NCBI GenBank assembly: GCA_964568425.1
Contig: CAZMPO010000002.1
Span: 82,840 to 146,839 of the forward strand
DNA from: an uncultured Lachnospiraceae bacterium
GTDB taxonomy: Bacteria > Bacillota > Clostridia > Oscillospirales > CAG-272
Length of the DNA stretch: 64,000 nucleotides
Direction: 5' to 3'
This document shows positions 38,148-47,041 of the stretch, piece after piece. A program made the translations under genes and the position numbers. Positions within the stretch are counted from its first letter, which is position 1; the number at the start of each line of letters is the position of its first letter. The notes under the pieces were generated by a model. That model ran no database searches. It saw only the letters and a list, made by a program, of their open reading frames with translations, and was not told where the DNA came from.

Positions 38148-38612
38148 TTATCTCGGATACTCAAATGTTACCCGATCGGATGAAATGACCTCAAGATATC
38201 TCTCGCACTCGAGCTTTGCCGCACTAAGCGAAAGATTTTTGTAATTTCCGCACTCCTTGCGACTTTTCCCGAATATTTCGCCCTCATGAGCTATTGTGTG
38301 CCTCAGCGCGGATTTTAATGCATCGAGCACCTCGCCATCTTCGGCGTCTCTGACGAGCAGATAAAATCCGGTTTGACAGCCCATAGGACCAAAATATATG
38401 ATCTTGCCGCCGATCTCGCCCGAGCGCAGATATGTTGCCAGCATGTGCTCGACCGAGTGCATGGTCAGATCGTCCATGTAATCGCCGCAATTGGGCTTTC
38501 TCGTGCGCAGATCGTAGGTCGTTATATCGCCGTCAATTCGGGATATGTATATGCCCGGGACGATAAGATCGTGATCGACCTCAAATGACGCGATCCTCTT
38601 TACTTCACTCAT
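38148..38612 (-). CDS. luxS: S-ribosylhomocysteine lyase
   Basis: Motif FEVDH plus the metal site HSVEHMLA ... GPMGCQTG. Length 154 aa. Confidence 0.9.
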   Translation of the reverse strand: MSEVKRIASFEVDHDLIVPGIYISRIDGDITTYDLRTRKPNCGDYMDDLTMHSVEHMLATYLRSGEIGGKIIYFGPMGCQTGFYLLVRDAEDGEVLDALKSALRHTIAHEGEIFGKSRKECGNYKNLSLSAAKLECERYLEVISSDRVTFEYPR

Positions 38613-39369
38613 TAAGACCGCCCTCCTTTGTAAGCTTGTATATTATTTTCGCGACCCCCGCACACTCGGCGGTGTCGGTCTCCGCGTCGCAAATATGCTT
38701 TACGCTCTCGGGCGCGTTGCCCATCGCGACCGAAATGTCGGCAACCGAGAGCATCGGCAGATCGTTTATGCTGTCGCCGATCGCGACAGAGACAACATCG
38801 TCGCCGTAAATTTTTTTGATCGTTTCGACAGAGCTGCCCTTGTCGCGCCCCGGGATGGAGCATTCGGCGTAGGTCGGCTGCTGCAAGACGGTGTAGTAAT
38901 TTGAAAAATAGCTCATCTCGATCGGCGAAAGTTTGCCGACAAGCGCGATCTTTTCAACACCGATAAGGTCAAATTTTTCACGAAAATCCTCGGGATCGTC
39001 GATGATCTCGTAGTCGGTCTTTCCCTTGGGGTTTATTATCGCCATGCCGCGAATGCCCTCAAATACCGCCTGCCGCCCGGTGCCCTTTATAAATTTGGCG
39101 TTTTTGACAAGCTGATCGCCGTCGATCTCATTTGAGAGGATAACATCGTCAAAAAGCTTTATGTACGCTCCCGATCCGGCTGCCACTCCGTCAAATTTGA
39201 TCTTTTCAAAAAGAAATTTCGGAATAAAATCAGGGCTTCTGCCGGTGTTGATAAATACGGCGTGCCCGAGCGATCTTGCGTATTCTATCGCGCGAATGTT
39301 TTCCTCGGGCAGTCGTCCTCTTGCGATTAGCGTCTCATCAATGTCGAGAAAGAATAAATACTTTTTCAT
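38605..39369 (-). CDS. Cof-type HAD-IIB hydrolase
   Basis: Motifs: FFLDIDETL, AIGDSINDLPML. Its stop overlaps the luxS start by 8 nt. Confidence 0.8.
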   Translation of the reverse strand: MKKYLFFLDIDETLIARGRLPEENIRAIEYARSLGHAVFINTGRSPDFIPKFLFEKIKFDGVAAGSGAYIKLFDDVILSNEIDGDQLVKNAKFIKGTGRQAVFEGIRGMAIINPKGKTDYEIIDDPEDFREKFDLIGVEKIALVGKLSPIEMSYFSNYYTVLQQPTYAECSIPGRDKGSSVETIKKIYGDDVVSVAIGDSINDLPMLSVADISVAMGNAPESVKHICDAETDTAECAGVAKIIYKLTKEGGLNE

Positions 39370-39399
39370 CGTTTTTGTTCGAATTAGTCCTTAAATTTC

Positions 39400-39433
39400 G
39401 GAAGGTTGGCGGGAACTCTCTCACCAACCTTCC
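39400..39433 (-). terminator. hairpin after alaS
   Basis: 10-bp stem ggaaggttgg / ccaaccttcc. The T-run is weak. Confidence 0.5.
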
Positions 39434-39463
39434 TGTTTTGCTTTTGTTTTTGTTATCAGATTA

Positions 39464-42091
39464 TCAGCCGATCATATCGGAGATGATCTCACATGTGCGC
39501 GAGATCGCCTCGTCTGCCTTTGCCGGATCCTTGCCGCCCGCTGTCGCACTGTCGGGACGTCCGCCGCCGCTTCCGCCGCAGATCGATGCGACCGATTTGA
39601 CTATCTTGCCTGCGTTTGCACCCTTGGAAATGGCTTCCTTGCCGCATCCGCAAACGAAATTCAGCTTGCCGTCAAGTACACTTGCGATGACCGTTATCGA
39701 GTTTTCGTTCTGATTTCTCAGATCGTCGCAGAGCGATCTGACTGCGGCGAGCGCAAGACCGTCAACTCTGCCCGAATAAACGGTGACGCCGCAAACATCT
39801 TTTGCAGATGCACGGATGCCGTCGAGCTTGGATGATGCCATCTTTGCCTCAAGCGACTCGATCTCGCTCTTTGCCGCCTTGAGCTCCCCCTGGAGCTGAG
39901 ATGCGCGCTTTGCGATGTCGTGAGTTGCGACCTTCAGCTCTTTTGCGGTCTGATCGATGAGATTGTCCTTTTCCTCTATCAGGCCGAGTACGCCAATGCC
40001 TGTCGTGCCCTCGATCCTTCTGATTCCTGCGGCTACCGAGGATTCGGAGATGATCTTGAAAAGTCCTGCCTTTGCGGTGTTGTCAAGGTGTGTACCGCCG
40101 CAAAGCTCGGTCGAGAAGTTGCCCATCTTTACCATGCGCACGACCTTGCCGTATTTTTCGCCGAAAAGTGCCATCGCACCCTTTTTCTTTGCGGTGTCAA
40201 TATCGGTCTCGATCGTCTCGATCGTCTCGCCGAGGAAAATATGTGCGTTTACGAGTCCTTCGACCGCAGAGAGCTCAGCCTTTGTGAGCGGAGCAAAGTG
40301 AGTAAAGTCAAAACGCACGCGTGTTTCGTCGACATATGAGCCTGCCTGCTCGACATGCGTGCCGAGAACCTTGCGGAGTGCCGCCTGGAGCAGGTGGCAG
40401 GTCGAGTGGTTGCGCGCGATGCTCAGCCTTCTGGATGCGTTGATCTCAAGGCGCAGATCGTCGCCCGTTGCGACATCGCCGTTTACCATCGAACACTGAT
40501 GTACATACACACCGTCGATCTTCTGAGTATCGACGACATTTATCATCGTGTCGCCGTCGTAAATGACGCCCGTGTCTCCGACCTGACCGCCGCCCTCGCC
40601 GTAGAATACCGTTTTGTCGGTGATAAGCGAAAATTCGCCTTCGTTGACTCGCTCGACCTTCATGTCATCGGCGATGATGCCGATGACCTTTGCATTGCAT
40701 GCCGTGTCGGTGTAGCCGACAAACTCGGTCTTTTTGAAATCGCCGAGCAGGGATTTTGATGCGTCGCTCCATCCGGATATCGATGCACGAGCACTTCTTG
40801 CGCGCTCTTTTTGGCGCATCATAAGCTGCTTGAAGCCTTCCTCGTCAAGCACGAGCGACTGCTCCGCCGCGATCTCCTTTGTGAGATCGTAAGGAAAGCC
40901 GAATGTGTCGTAAAGCTTGAATACTTCCTCTCCGGGGATCGTGTGAATGCCGCTTTCGATCGCCTTGCGAACGATGTTTGAAAGGATCGCGATGCCCGCA
41001 TCGATCGTCGAGGCAAATCTCTCCTCCTCCATCGTGATGACCTTCTTGATGTAGTCGAGCTTTTCGGTAAGCTCGGGGTATTCAGACAGATTTTCGTGCG
41101 CTACGACCTCGGCAATGTCGGCAAGGAAAAGTCCGTCAATTCCGAGCAGGCGTCCGTGACGCGCGGCGCGGCGGAGAAGTCTGCGGAGAACATATCCGCG
41201 CCCCTCGTTTGAGGGAATGACACCGTCGCAGATCATAAATGTCGATGAGCGGATGTGGTCGGTGATAACGCGAAGTGAGATGTCGCTCTTTTCGCCCTGT
41301 CCGTAGTGAACGCTTGCTTTGTCGGATACAGCCTTCATGATGTTTCTGACGGTATCGACCTCGAAAAGATTGTTTACGCCCTGCATGATGCATGCAAGAC
41401 GCTCAAGTCCCATGCCGGTGTCGATGTTCGGCTTTGCAAGGCGCGTGTAGTTGCCGTTTCCGTCGTTGTCAAACTGCGTGAATACGAGATTCCAAAATTC
41501 CATGTATCTGTCGCAGTCACAGCCGGGCTTGCAATCGGGTTTGCCGCAACCGTATTCGGGACCGCGATCAAAATGGATCTCCGAGCAAGGACCGCAGGGA
41601 CCCGAGCCGTGCTCCCAGAAATTGTCCTCTTTGCCAAGGCGGACGATCTTTGACTCGTCTACACCGATCTCGTTTGCCCAAATGTCATGTGCCTCGTCGT
41701 CGTCTTGGTATATGGTGACCCAAAGCTTGTCTATCGGCATTTCAAGAACCTTTGTTATAAATTCCCATGCCCAGTTTATTGCCTCGCGCTTGAAATAATC
41801 GCCGAACGAGAAGTTGCCGAGCATTTCGAAATATGTTCCGTGGCGTGCCGTTATGCCGACACGGTCGATGTCGGGAGTGCGGATGCACTTCTGACAGGTC
41901 GTCATGCGATGACGGGGCGGCTCTGCCTCTCCGGTGAAATATTTTTTGAGCGGTGTCATGCCTGCGTTGATAAGCAGTATCGATTTGTCTCCGATCGGAA
42001 CGAGCGGATAACTCTTGTGACGCAAATGTCCTTTTGATTCAAAAAAAGAAAGATATTTTTCACGAATATCGTTTACCGATGTCCATTCCAT
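39464..42091 (-). CDS. alaS: alanine--tRNA ligase
   Basis: The N-terminus from ATG 42091 reads MEWTSVNDIREKYLSFFESKGH. Also FEMLGNFSFGDYFK, the editing-domain HSTCHLL, and a C-terminal DHHA1 GGGGGRPD. Confidence 0.95.
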   Translation of the reverse strand: MEWTSVNDIREKYLSFFESKGHLRHKSYPLVPIGDKSILLINAGMTPLKKYFTGEAEPPRHRMTTCQKCIRTPDIDRVGITARHGTYFEMLGNFSFGDYFKREAINWAWEFITKVLEMPIDKLWVTIYQDDDEAHDIWANEIGVDESKIVRLGKEDNFWEHGSGPCGPCSEIHFDRGPEYGCGKPDCKPGCDCDRYMEFWNLVFTQFDNDGNGNYTRLAKPNIDTGMGLERLACIMQGVNNLFEVDTVRNIMKAVSDKASVHYGQGEKSDISLRVITDHIRSSTFMICDGVIPSNEGRGYVLRRLLRRAARHGRLLGIDGLFLADIAEVVAHENLSEYPELTEKLDYIKKVITMEEERFASTIDAGIAILSNIVRKAIESGIHTIPGEEVFKLYDTFGFPYDLTKEIAAEQSLVLDEEGFKQLMMRQKERARSARASISGWSDASKSLLGDFKKTEFVGYTDTACNAKVIGIIADDMKVERVNEGEFSLITDKTVFYGEGGGQVGDTGVIYDGDTMINVVDTQKIDGVYVHQCSMVNGDVATGDDLRLEINASRRLSIARNHSTCHLLQAALRKVLGTHVEQAGSYVDETRVRFDFTHFAPLTKAELSAVEGLVNAHIFLGETIETIETDIDTAKKKGAMALFGEKYGKVVRMVKMGNFSTELCGGTHLDNTAKAGLFKIISESSVAAGIRRIEGTTGIGVLGLIEEKDNLIDQTAKELKVATHDIAKRASQLQGELKAAKSEIESLEAKMASSKLDGIRASAKDVCGVTVYSGRVDGLALAAVRSLCDDLRNQNENSITVIASVLDGKLNFVCGCGKEAISKGANAGKIVKSVASICGGSGGGRPDSATAGGKDPAKADEAISRTCEIISDMIG

Positions 42092-42194
42092 GCTATATAT
42101 CAAACCTCCGTGTTTGTCATTCAAATTTACAGATATATCGATCTCCTCTAATTATAACTCATTTTTTGCAATATGTCAAGTGGAAAAGTCCAAC

Positions 42195-42223
42195 TTGACA
42201 AAAAAACATAAGTGTGATATAAT
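42195..42223 (+). promoter_or_regulatory. sigma-A type promoter (TTGACA-17-TATAAT, TG-extended) for cca
   Basis: TTGACA at 42195-42200 and TATAAT at 42218-42223. Confidence 0.6.
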
Positions 42224-42262
42224 AAACATGTTTGAAAGATACTTGTTCGGACGGTGATTTTG

Positions 42263-43615
42263 ATGATAGCCCTGCCAAAAGACGTAAAAATGATAATAAA
42301 CAGACTGTCCGAGCGCGGACACGAGGCTTTTGCTGTCGGCGGATGTGTAAGAGACAGTCTGCTTGGCATCCTGCCAAAGGATTACGATATAACCACCTCC
42401 GCGCGCCCCGATGAGATAATTGCCGCCTTTCCCGAGCTTTCTTACTTTGATGCGGGGATAAAGCACGGCACTGTCAGCCTGATCGTTAACGGAAATGTCT
42501 ACGAGGTCACGACCTATCGTGTCGACGGAGATTATCTCGACCACCGTCATCCCGACAATGTGGTTTTCGTCAGCTCGATCACCGATGATCTTGCAAGGCG
42601 CGATCTGACGATAAACGCGATGGCGTATAGTGACGCGCAAGGTCTTTGCGATCCCTTCGGGGGAGCGGATGATCTGAAGACGGGCATCGTCCGTGCAGTC
42701 GGAGATCCGAGAAAACGCTTTGACGAGGACGCACTGCGTATTCTTCGCGCCCTGCGATTTGCATCCGTATACGGCTTTTCGATCGATGAGGACACCTCTG
42801 CGGCAATTCACGAGCTGTCATATCTGATAAAAGATGTCGCCTTCGAAAGAGTCAAGGCTGAGCTTGACAGACTGCTCTGCGGCAAAAATGTCGGACATAT
42901 ACTGCGCGAGTACCACGACGTCATCGAAAGGGTGATACCCGAAATATCGGTGACTGTCGGCTACGATCAAGGGACAAGGTACCATGAATTTGACCTCTGG
43001 GAGCATATCGTGCGCACCGTCGAGAATGTTCCGCCAAATGTGACGCTTCGCTATACGATGCTCCTTCACGATCTCGGTAAGCCGTCGTCTCGCACGATCG
43101 ATCGGCGCGGGCAATGCCACTATAAGGGTCATGCGTCGGCGAGCGTTCCGATAGCGCGCCAGATAACCGCAAGACTGAAGTTTGACAAAAAGACCGCCGA
43201 TGATATTGTCTGCCTTGTCGGTGCGCATATGGATGCGCCGCCGACAGATCGTCCCTCGGCACGGCGAATGATAAAAAAATACGGAGTGTCGCGTACCGAA
43301 ATGCTTCTCCATGTGATGCGCGCGGACAATCTGTCGAAAAAAAGTGACGGCGAAAACGATCCGCGCATACCCGAAACAGCCGCCGCACGGGTGCTTGTCG
43401 AGAGCGTTGTGCATGACGGTGATGCATGTACGCTGTCAGCCCTTGCCGTCGGCGGAAATGATCTGATAGCTCTCGGCGCAAGTCGCGGACGCGCGATCGG
43501 CGAGATGCTCGAGACACTCCTTGACATGGTGATCGACGGCAAACTTGAAAATCGTCGCGACGATCTGCTCGATTTTGCGAAAAAAATCGTCAATAATGAA
43601 AAAAATTGCAAATAA
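42263..43615 (+). CDS. cca: CCA tRNA nucleotidyltransferase with an HD domain
   Basis: Motifs: AFAVGGCVRDSLLG, DYDITT, RRDLTINAMA. The HD region shows LLHDLGKP. Confidence 0.85.
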   Translation: MIALPKDVKMIINRLSERGHEAFAVGGCVRDSLLGILPKDYDITTSARPDEIIAAFPELSYFDAGIKHGTVSLIVNGNVYEVTTYRVDGDYLDHRHPDNVVFVSSITDDLARRDLTINAMAYSDAQGLCDPFGGADDLKTGIVRAVGDPRKRFDEDALRILRALRFASVYGFSIDEDTSAAIHELSYLIKDVAFERVKAELDRLLCGKNVGHILREYHDVIERVIPEISVTVGYDQGTRYHEFDLWEHIVRTVENVPPNVTLRYTMLLHDLGKPSSRTIDRRGQCHYKGHASASVPIARQITARLKFDKKTADDIVCLVGAHMDAPPTDRPSARRMIKKYGVSRTEMLLHVMRADNLSKKSDGENDPRIPETAAARVLVESVVHDGDACTLSALAVGGNDLIALGASRGRAIGEMLETLLDMVIDGKLENRRDDLLDFAKKIVNNEKNCK

Positions 43616-43618
43616 AGG

Positions 43619-43647
43619 TTGCAATAAACTTCACTTTGTGCTATAAT
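43619..43647 (+). promoter_or_regulatory. sigma-A type promoter (TTGCAA-17-TATAAT) for hisS-aspS
   Basis: TTGCAA at 43619-43624 and TATAAT at 43642-43647. The leader is too short for a T-box. Confidence 0.55.
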
Positions 43648-43697
43648 AGCATGATATCCTATGGATTGTAAGAAAGAACCGAAAGGTGATCAGCAAA

Positions 43698-44948
43698 ATG
43701 ATAAAGAAACCGCAGGGGATGCTTGATCTTTTCCCCGAAGATACCAAGAAAATTCAATTTGTCGAGTCGACGGCGCGTAAGGTGGCGGCACGCTTCGGCT
43801 TTGGCGAGATACGCACACCGGTGCTTGAATCGACCGAACTCTTTGCAAGAGGCGTCGGCGGCACGACCGATGTTGTGCAAAAAGAAATGTACACCTTTGT
43901 TGACCGCGACGGTCCCTCGCTTTCCCTTCGCCCCGAGGGGACTGCCGGTGTCGCAAGAGCTATACTTGAAAACGGCAAATACGGCGACGCCATGCCGCTT
44001 AAGTATTATTACATCATAAACTGCTACCGCCACGAGCGTCCGCAAAAGGGAAGATACCGCGAGTTTTCGCAGTTCGGCGTCGAGATGTTCGGTGCGGCGA
44101 CCGCGACCGCGGATGCCGAGATCATCGCGCTTGCCGACAGGACCATAAAAGAGCTTGGAATAGCAAACGTCAAGCTTCACATCAATTCGATCGGCTGTCC
44201 GAACTGTCGCCCTGCGTACTACGGACGACTTCGCGAGTACTTTGCCGATAAGAAGGATGGACTTTGCGAGAGCTGTAAAAGCCGACTCGAGGCAAATCCC
44301 ATGCGCATACTCGACTGCAAATCCGAGGTGTGCAAAAAGCTCGCCGCCGATGCCCCTCGCGCCATCGATTGCCTGTGCGATGAGTGTCGCGCACACATGG
44401 ACGGCGTAAAAGCGTCGCTCGATGCCATGGGTATCGAGTACGAGATCGACACATCGATAGTTCGCGGACTCGATTACTACACGAGAACGGTGTTCGAGTT
44501 CATCTGCTCGGACGAGCGTATGGGCGCACAGTCGACAATATGCGGCGGCGGCAGATATGATCTGCTTATGGAAGAGCTTGGCGGCTCGCACCTGCCCGCA
44601 TGCGGCTTCGGAATGGGAATTTCGAGACTGCTCCCGACGGTCGAGCTTCCCGATGCTCCCGAGAGGGAAGGCGTGTATGTCGCACCGATGGGCGAGCGTG
44701 CTCTGCTTTTTGCACAAAAGCTTGTGAATGAGCTTCGCGCCGACGGCATTCGCGCAGAGACCGACACGGTAGGCAGATCGGTCAAGGCGCAGATGAAATA
44801 CGCCAATAAAATATCGGCGGCGTATACGCTTGTTATCGGCGATAACGAGCTCAACTCGGGTCGCGCCGAACTCAAAAACATGACCGACGGATCGTCTTCG
44901 AGCGTAGAGCTCGCCGGCGTTTCGAGCGCTATCAAAGAAAATATGTAA
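43698..44948 (+). CDS. hisS: histidine--tRNA ligase
   Basis: Motifs: KPQGMLDLFP, RTPVLE, LRPEGTA, YRHERPQKGRYREFSQ, GGGRYD. Confidence 0.95.
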   Translation: MIKKPQGMLDLFPEDTKKIQFVESTARKVAARFGFGEIRTPVLESTELFARGVGGTTDVVQKEMYTFVDRDGPSLSLRPEGTAGVARAILENGKYGDAMPLKYYYIINCYRHERPQKGRYREFSQFGVEMFGAATATADAEIIALADRTIKELGIANVKLHINSIGCPNCRPAYYGRLREYFADKKDGLCESCKSRLEANPMRILDCKSEVCKKLAADAPRAIDCLCDECRAHMDGVKASLDAMGIEYEIDTSIVRGLDYYTRTVFEFICSDERMGAQSTICGGGRYDLLMEELGGSHLPACGFGMGISRLLPTVELPDAPEREGVYVAPMGERALLFAQKLVNELRADGIRAETDTVGRSVKAQMKYANKISAAYTLVIGDNELNSGRAELKNMTDGSSSSVELAGVSSAIKENM

Positions 44949-44994
44949 ATTTGCAAAAAATTGCATACGCAGTTAGAAAGTGAGACATAATAAA

Positions 44995-46782
44995 ATGGCA
45001 GAATTTTTCAGCTCCTCCGACAAGAGGACGTGCTATTGCGGCACACTGACAAAAGAAAACATAGGACAGGAAGTGACGGTCTGCGGCTGGGTACAGCGTC
45101 AGCGTGACCTCGGATCGCTGATATTCGTCGATCTTCGCGACCGCACGGGTATCGTTCAGCTCGCATTTGACCCGGATACCGATAAGGAACTTTTCGACAA
45201 AGCATTCTCGGTACGCAGTGAATATGTGCTGTCGGTGAAGGGAATCGTCCGCTCAAGAGGAGAGGGCGCGATCAACAAAAACATCCCGACAGGCGAGATC
45301 GAGATCTTCGTTGGCTCGATGAAGGTACTCTCTCAGGCACAGACACCTCCGTTTGAAATATCCGACAGCGCAAAGGTCGGTGACGAGATCGCACTCAAAT
45401 ATCGCTATCTCGATCTTCGCCGCCCCTCGCTCCAGAAGAACATAATGCTCCGTCATAAGATCGCACAGATCGCACGCGATTATTTCTATGAAAACGGATT
45501 TTACGAGATCGAGACCCCGATGATGATCAAGCCCACCCCCGAGGGTGCACGCGATTATCTTGTTCCGTCGCGTATACATCACGGATGTATGTACGCGCTT
45601 CCTCAGTCGCCTCAGATCTACAAACAGCTCCTGATGCTCGGCGGATTTGACAGATATGTGCAGATCGCAAGATGCTTCCGCGATGAGGACCTTCGCGCCG
45701 ATCGCCAGCCCGAGTTCACGCAGATCGACCTTGAAATGTCTTTTGCTACACAGGAAGACATCATGGCGATCAACGAGGGACTTATGCGCAGACTCTATAA
45801 GGAGATACTTGATATCGACCTTGAACCAATGCCGCATATTACATATGATGAGGCGATGAACAGATACGGCTCGGATAAGCCCGATACCCGTTTCGGCATG
45901 GAGATACAGGATGTTTCGAATTTGGTTGCCGATTGCGCGTTCGGCGTGTTCTCGTCGGCTGTCGCAAACGGCGGCTCTGTCCGCGCCATAGTCGTCAAGG
46001 GAGGCGCGGCAAAGCTCTCGCGTAAGGAGATCGATAAGCTTACCGAGCACGCAAAGGGAATCGGCGCGAAGGGACTTGCGTTCGTTCGCTTTGTCGATGA
46101 AACTCCGAACTGCTCGTTCGCGAAGTTCTTTGAAAAGGACGCGCTTGACGCACTTCTTGACTCGATCGATTGCAGAAGGGGCGATGTCGCACTCTTTGTC
46201 GCAGATAAAAATCCGATCGTTCTGTCCACTCTCGGCGCACTCCGCAATATCGTCGCAAGACAGCTCGATATGATCCCTCACGGCAAATATAACTTCCTTT
46301 GGGTCACGGAATTCCCCTTCTTTGAGTGGAATGAGGAGACCGAGCATTGGGATGCCATGCACCATCCCTTCACGATGCCGCATGAGGATTGCCTTCAGTA
46401 TCTCGAAAGCGACCCCGGTAAGGTATACGCACAGTGCTATGACCTCGTGCTCAATGGCACGGAGCTTCTTTCGGGATCAATCAGAATCACCGACTGGGAG
46501 CTTCAGGAAAAGATGTTCAAGGCACTCGGACTCACACCCGAGGAGATCGATGCAAAGTTCGGCTTCCTTGTAGATGCCTATAAGTACGGTGCACCTCCGC
46601 ACGGTGGATCGGGTATGGGACTTGATCGACTCGTTATGACCATGGTCGAGGCTGATTCGCTCCGTGACGTAATAGCCTTCCCGAAGATCCAAAACGCATC
46701 CGAGCCGATGTCGAAATGCCCCGCAAAAGCCGACCCCGCCGCTCTTGCCGAGCTTGGGCTTGCGATCGTCGATGAAGAATGA
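44995..46782 (+). CDS. aspS: aspartate--tRNA ligase
   Basis: OB fold VCGWVQRQRDLGSLIFVDLRD, then FRDEDLRADRQPEFTQID and GGSGMGLDRL. Confidence 0.95.
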   Translation: MAEFFSSSDKRTCYCGTLTKENIGQEVTVCGWVQRQRDLGSLIFVDLRDRTGIVQLAFDPDTDKELFDKAFSVRSEYVLSVKGIVRSRGEGAINKNIPTGEIEIFVGSMKVLSQAQTPPFEISDSAKVGDEIALKYRYLDLRRPSLQKNIMLRHKIAQIARDYFYENGFYEIETPMMIKPTPEGARDYLVPSRIHHGCMYALPQSPQIYKQLLMLGGFDRYVQIARCFRDEDLRADRQPEFTQIDLEMSFATQEDIMAINEGLMRRLYKEILDIDLEPMPHITYDEAMNRYGSDKPDTRFGMEIQDVSNLVADCAFGVFSSAVANGGSVRAIVVKGGAAKLSRKEIDKLTEHAKGIGAKGLAFVRFVDETPNCSFAKFFEKDALDALLDSIDCRRGDVALFVADKNPIVLSTLGALRNIVARQLDMIPHGKYNFLWVTEFPFFEWNEETEHWDAMHHPFTMPHEDCLQYLESDPGKVYAQCYDLVLNGTELLSGSIRITDWELQEKMFKALGLTPEEIDAKFGFLVDAYKYGAPPHGGSGMGLDRLVMTMVEADSLRDVIAFPKIQNASEPMSKCPAKADPAALAELGLAIVDEE

Positions 46783-46803
46783 TAATCATATGATATAGTA
46801 AAA

Positions 46804-46838
46804 ACAGATCAGCTCACCGCTAAGATGAGCTGATCTGT
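46804..46838. terminator. bidirectional terminator between aspS and the feo operon
   Basis: 13-bp stem acagatcagctca / tgagctgatctgt flanked by A- and T-rich tracts. Confidence 0.75.
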
Positions 46839-46849
46839 TTGTATGTGTC

Positions 46850-47029
46850 TTATTTTTTGTGGCATGCGCCCGACATTGCGCACTTTGCACAACCGCCGCA
46901 ACAGGAACTCTTGCCGCTCTTTTTGTCCTTGATAAGACTTGCGATGATCAGCGTTACGATGCCGACAAGCAGTACGCAGATCGAGACCGTCACAATGCCT
47001 GAAATGTTTGATGCTATCCATTCGAGCAT
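46850..47029 (-). CDS. FeoB-associated Cys-rich membrane protein (59 aa; below the ORF-track cutoff)
   Basis: Hand translation gives MLEWIASNISGIVTVSICVLLVGIVTLIIASLIKDKKSGKSSCCGGCAKCAMSGACHKK. SD aaggagga lies 6 nt before ATG 47029, which is 13 nt after the feoB stop. Confidence 0.75.
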   Translation of the reverse strand: MLEWIASNISGIVTVSICVLLVGIVTLIIASLIKDKKSGKSSCCGGCAKCAMSGACHKK

Positions 47030-47041
47030 AGGATCTCCTCC

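Noticed and set aside
42092-42253. A possible T-box or other leader upstream of alaS, and similarly upstream of hisS at 43616-43697.
   Set aside because: The intergenic regions are only about 100-160 bp. They are occupied by divergent or simple consensus promoters and lack the GGTGGTACCGCG T-box motif.
43659-46383. Long antisense ORFs opposite hisS (43659..44966, 435 aa) and aspS (45253..46383, 376 aa). Similar cases lie opposite prfB, DUF512, feoB, degV and the GNAT-like gene.
   Set aside because: All are fully nested in well-supported genes on the other strand and lack motifs or translation signals. The recurring pattern reflects the genome's codon usage, which depletes stop codons in the -1 antisense frame, rather than overlapping genes.
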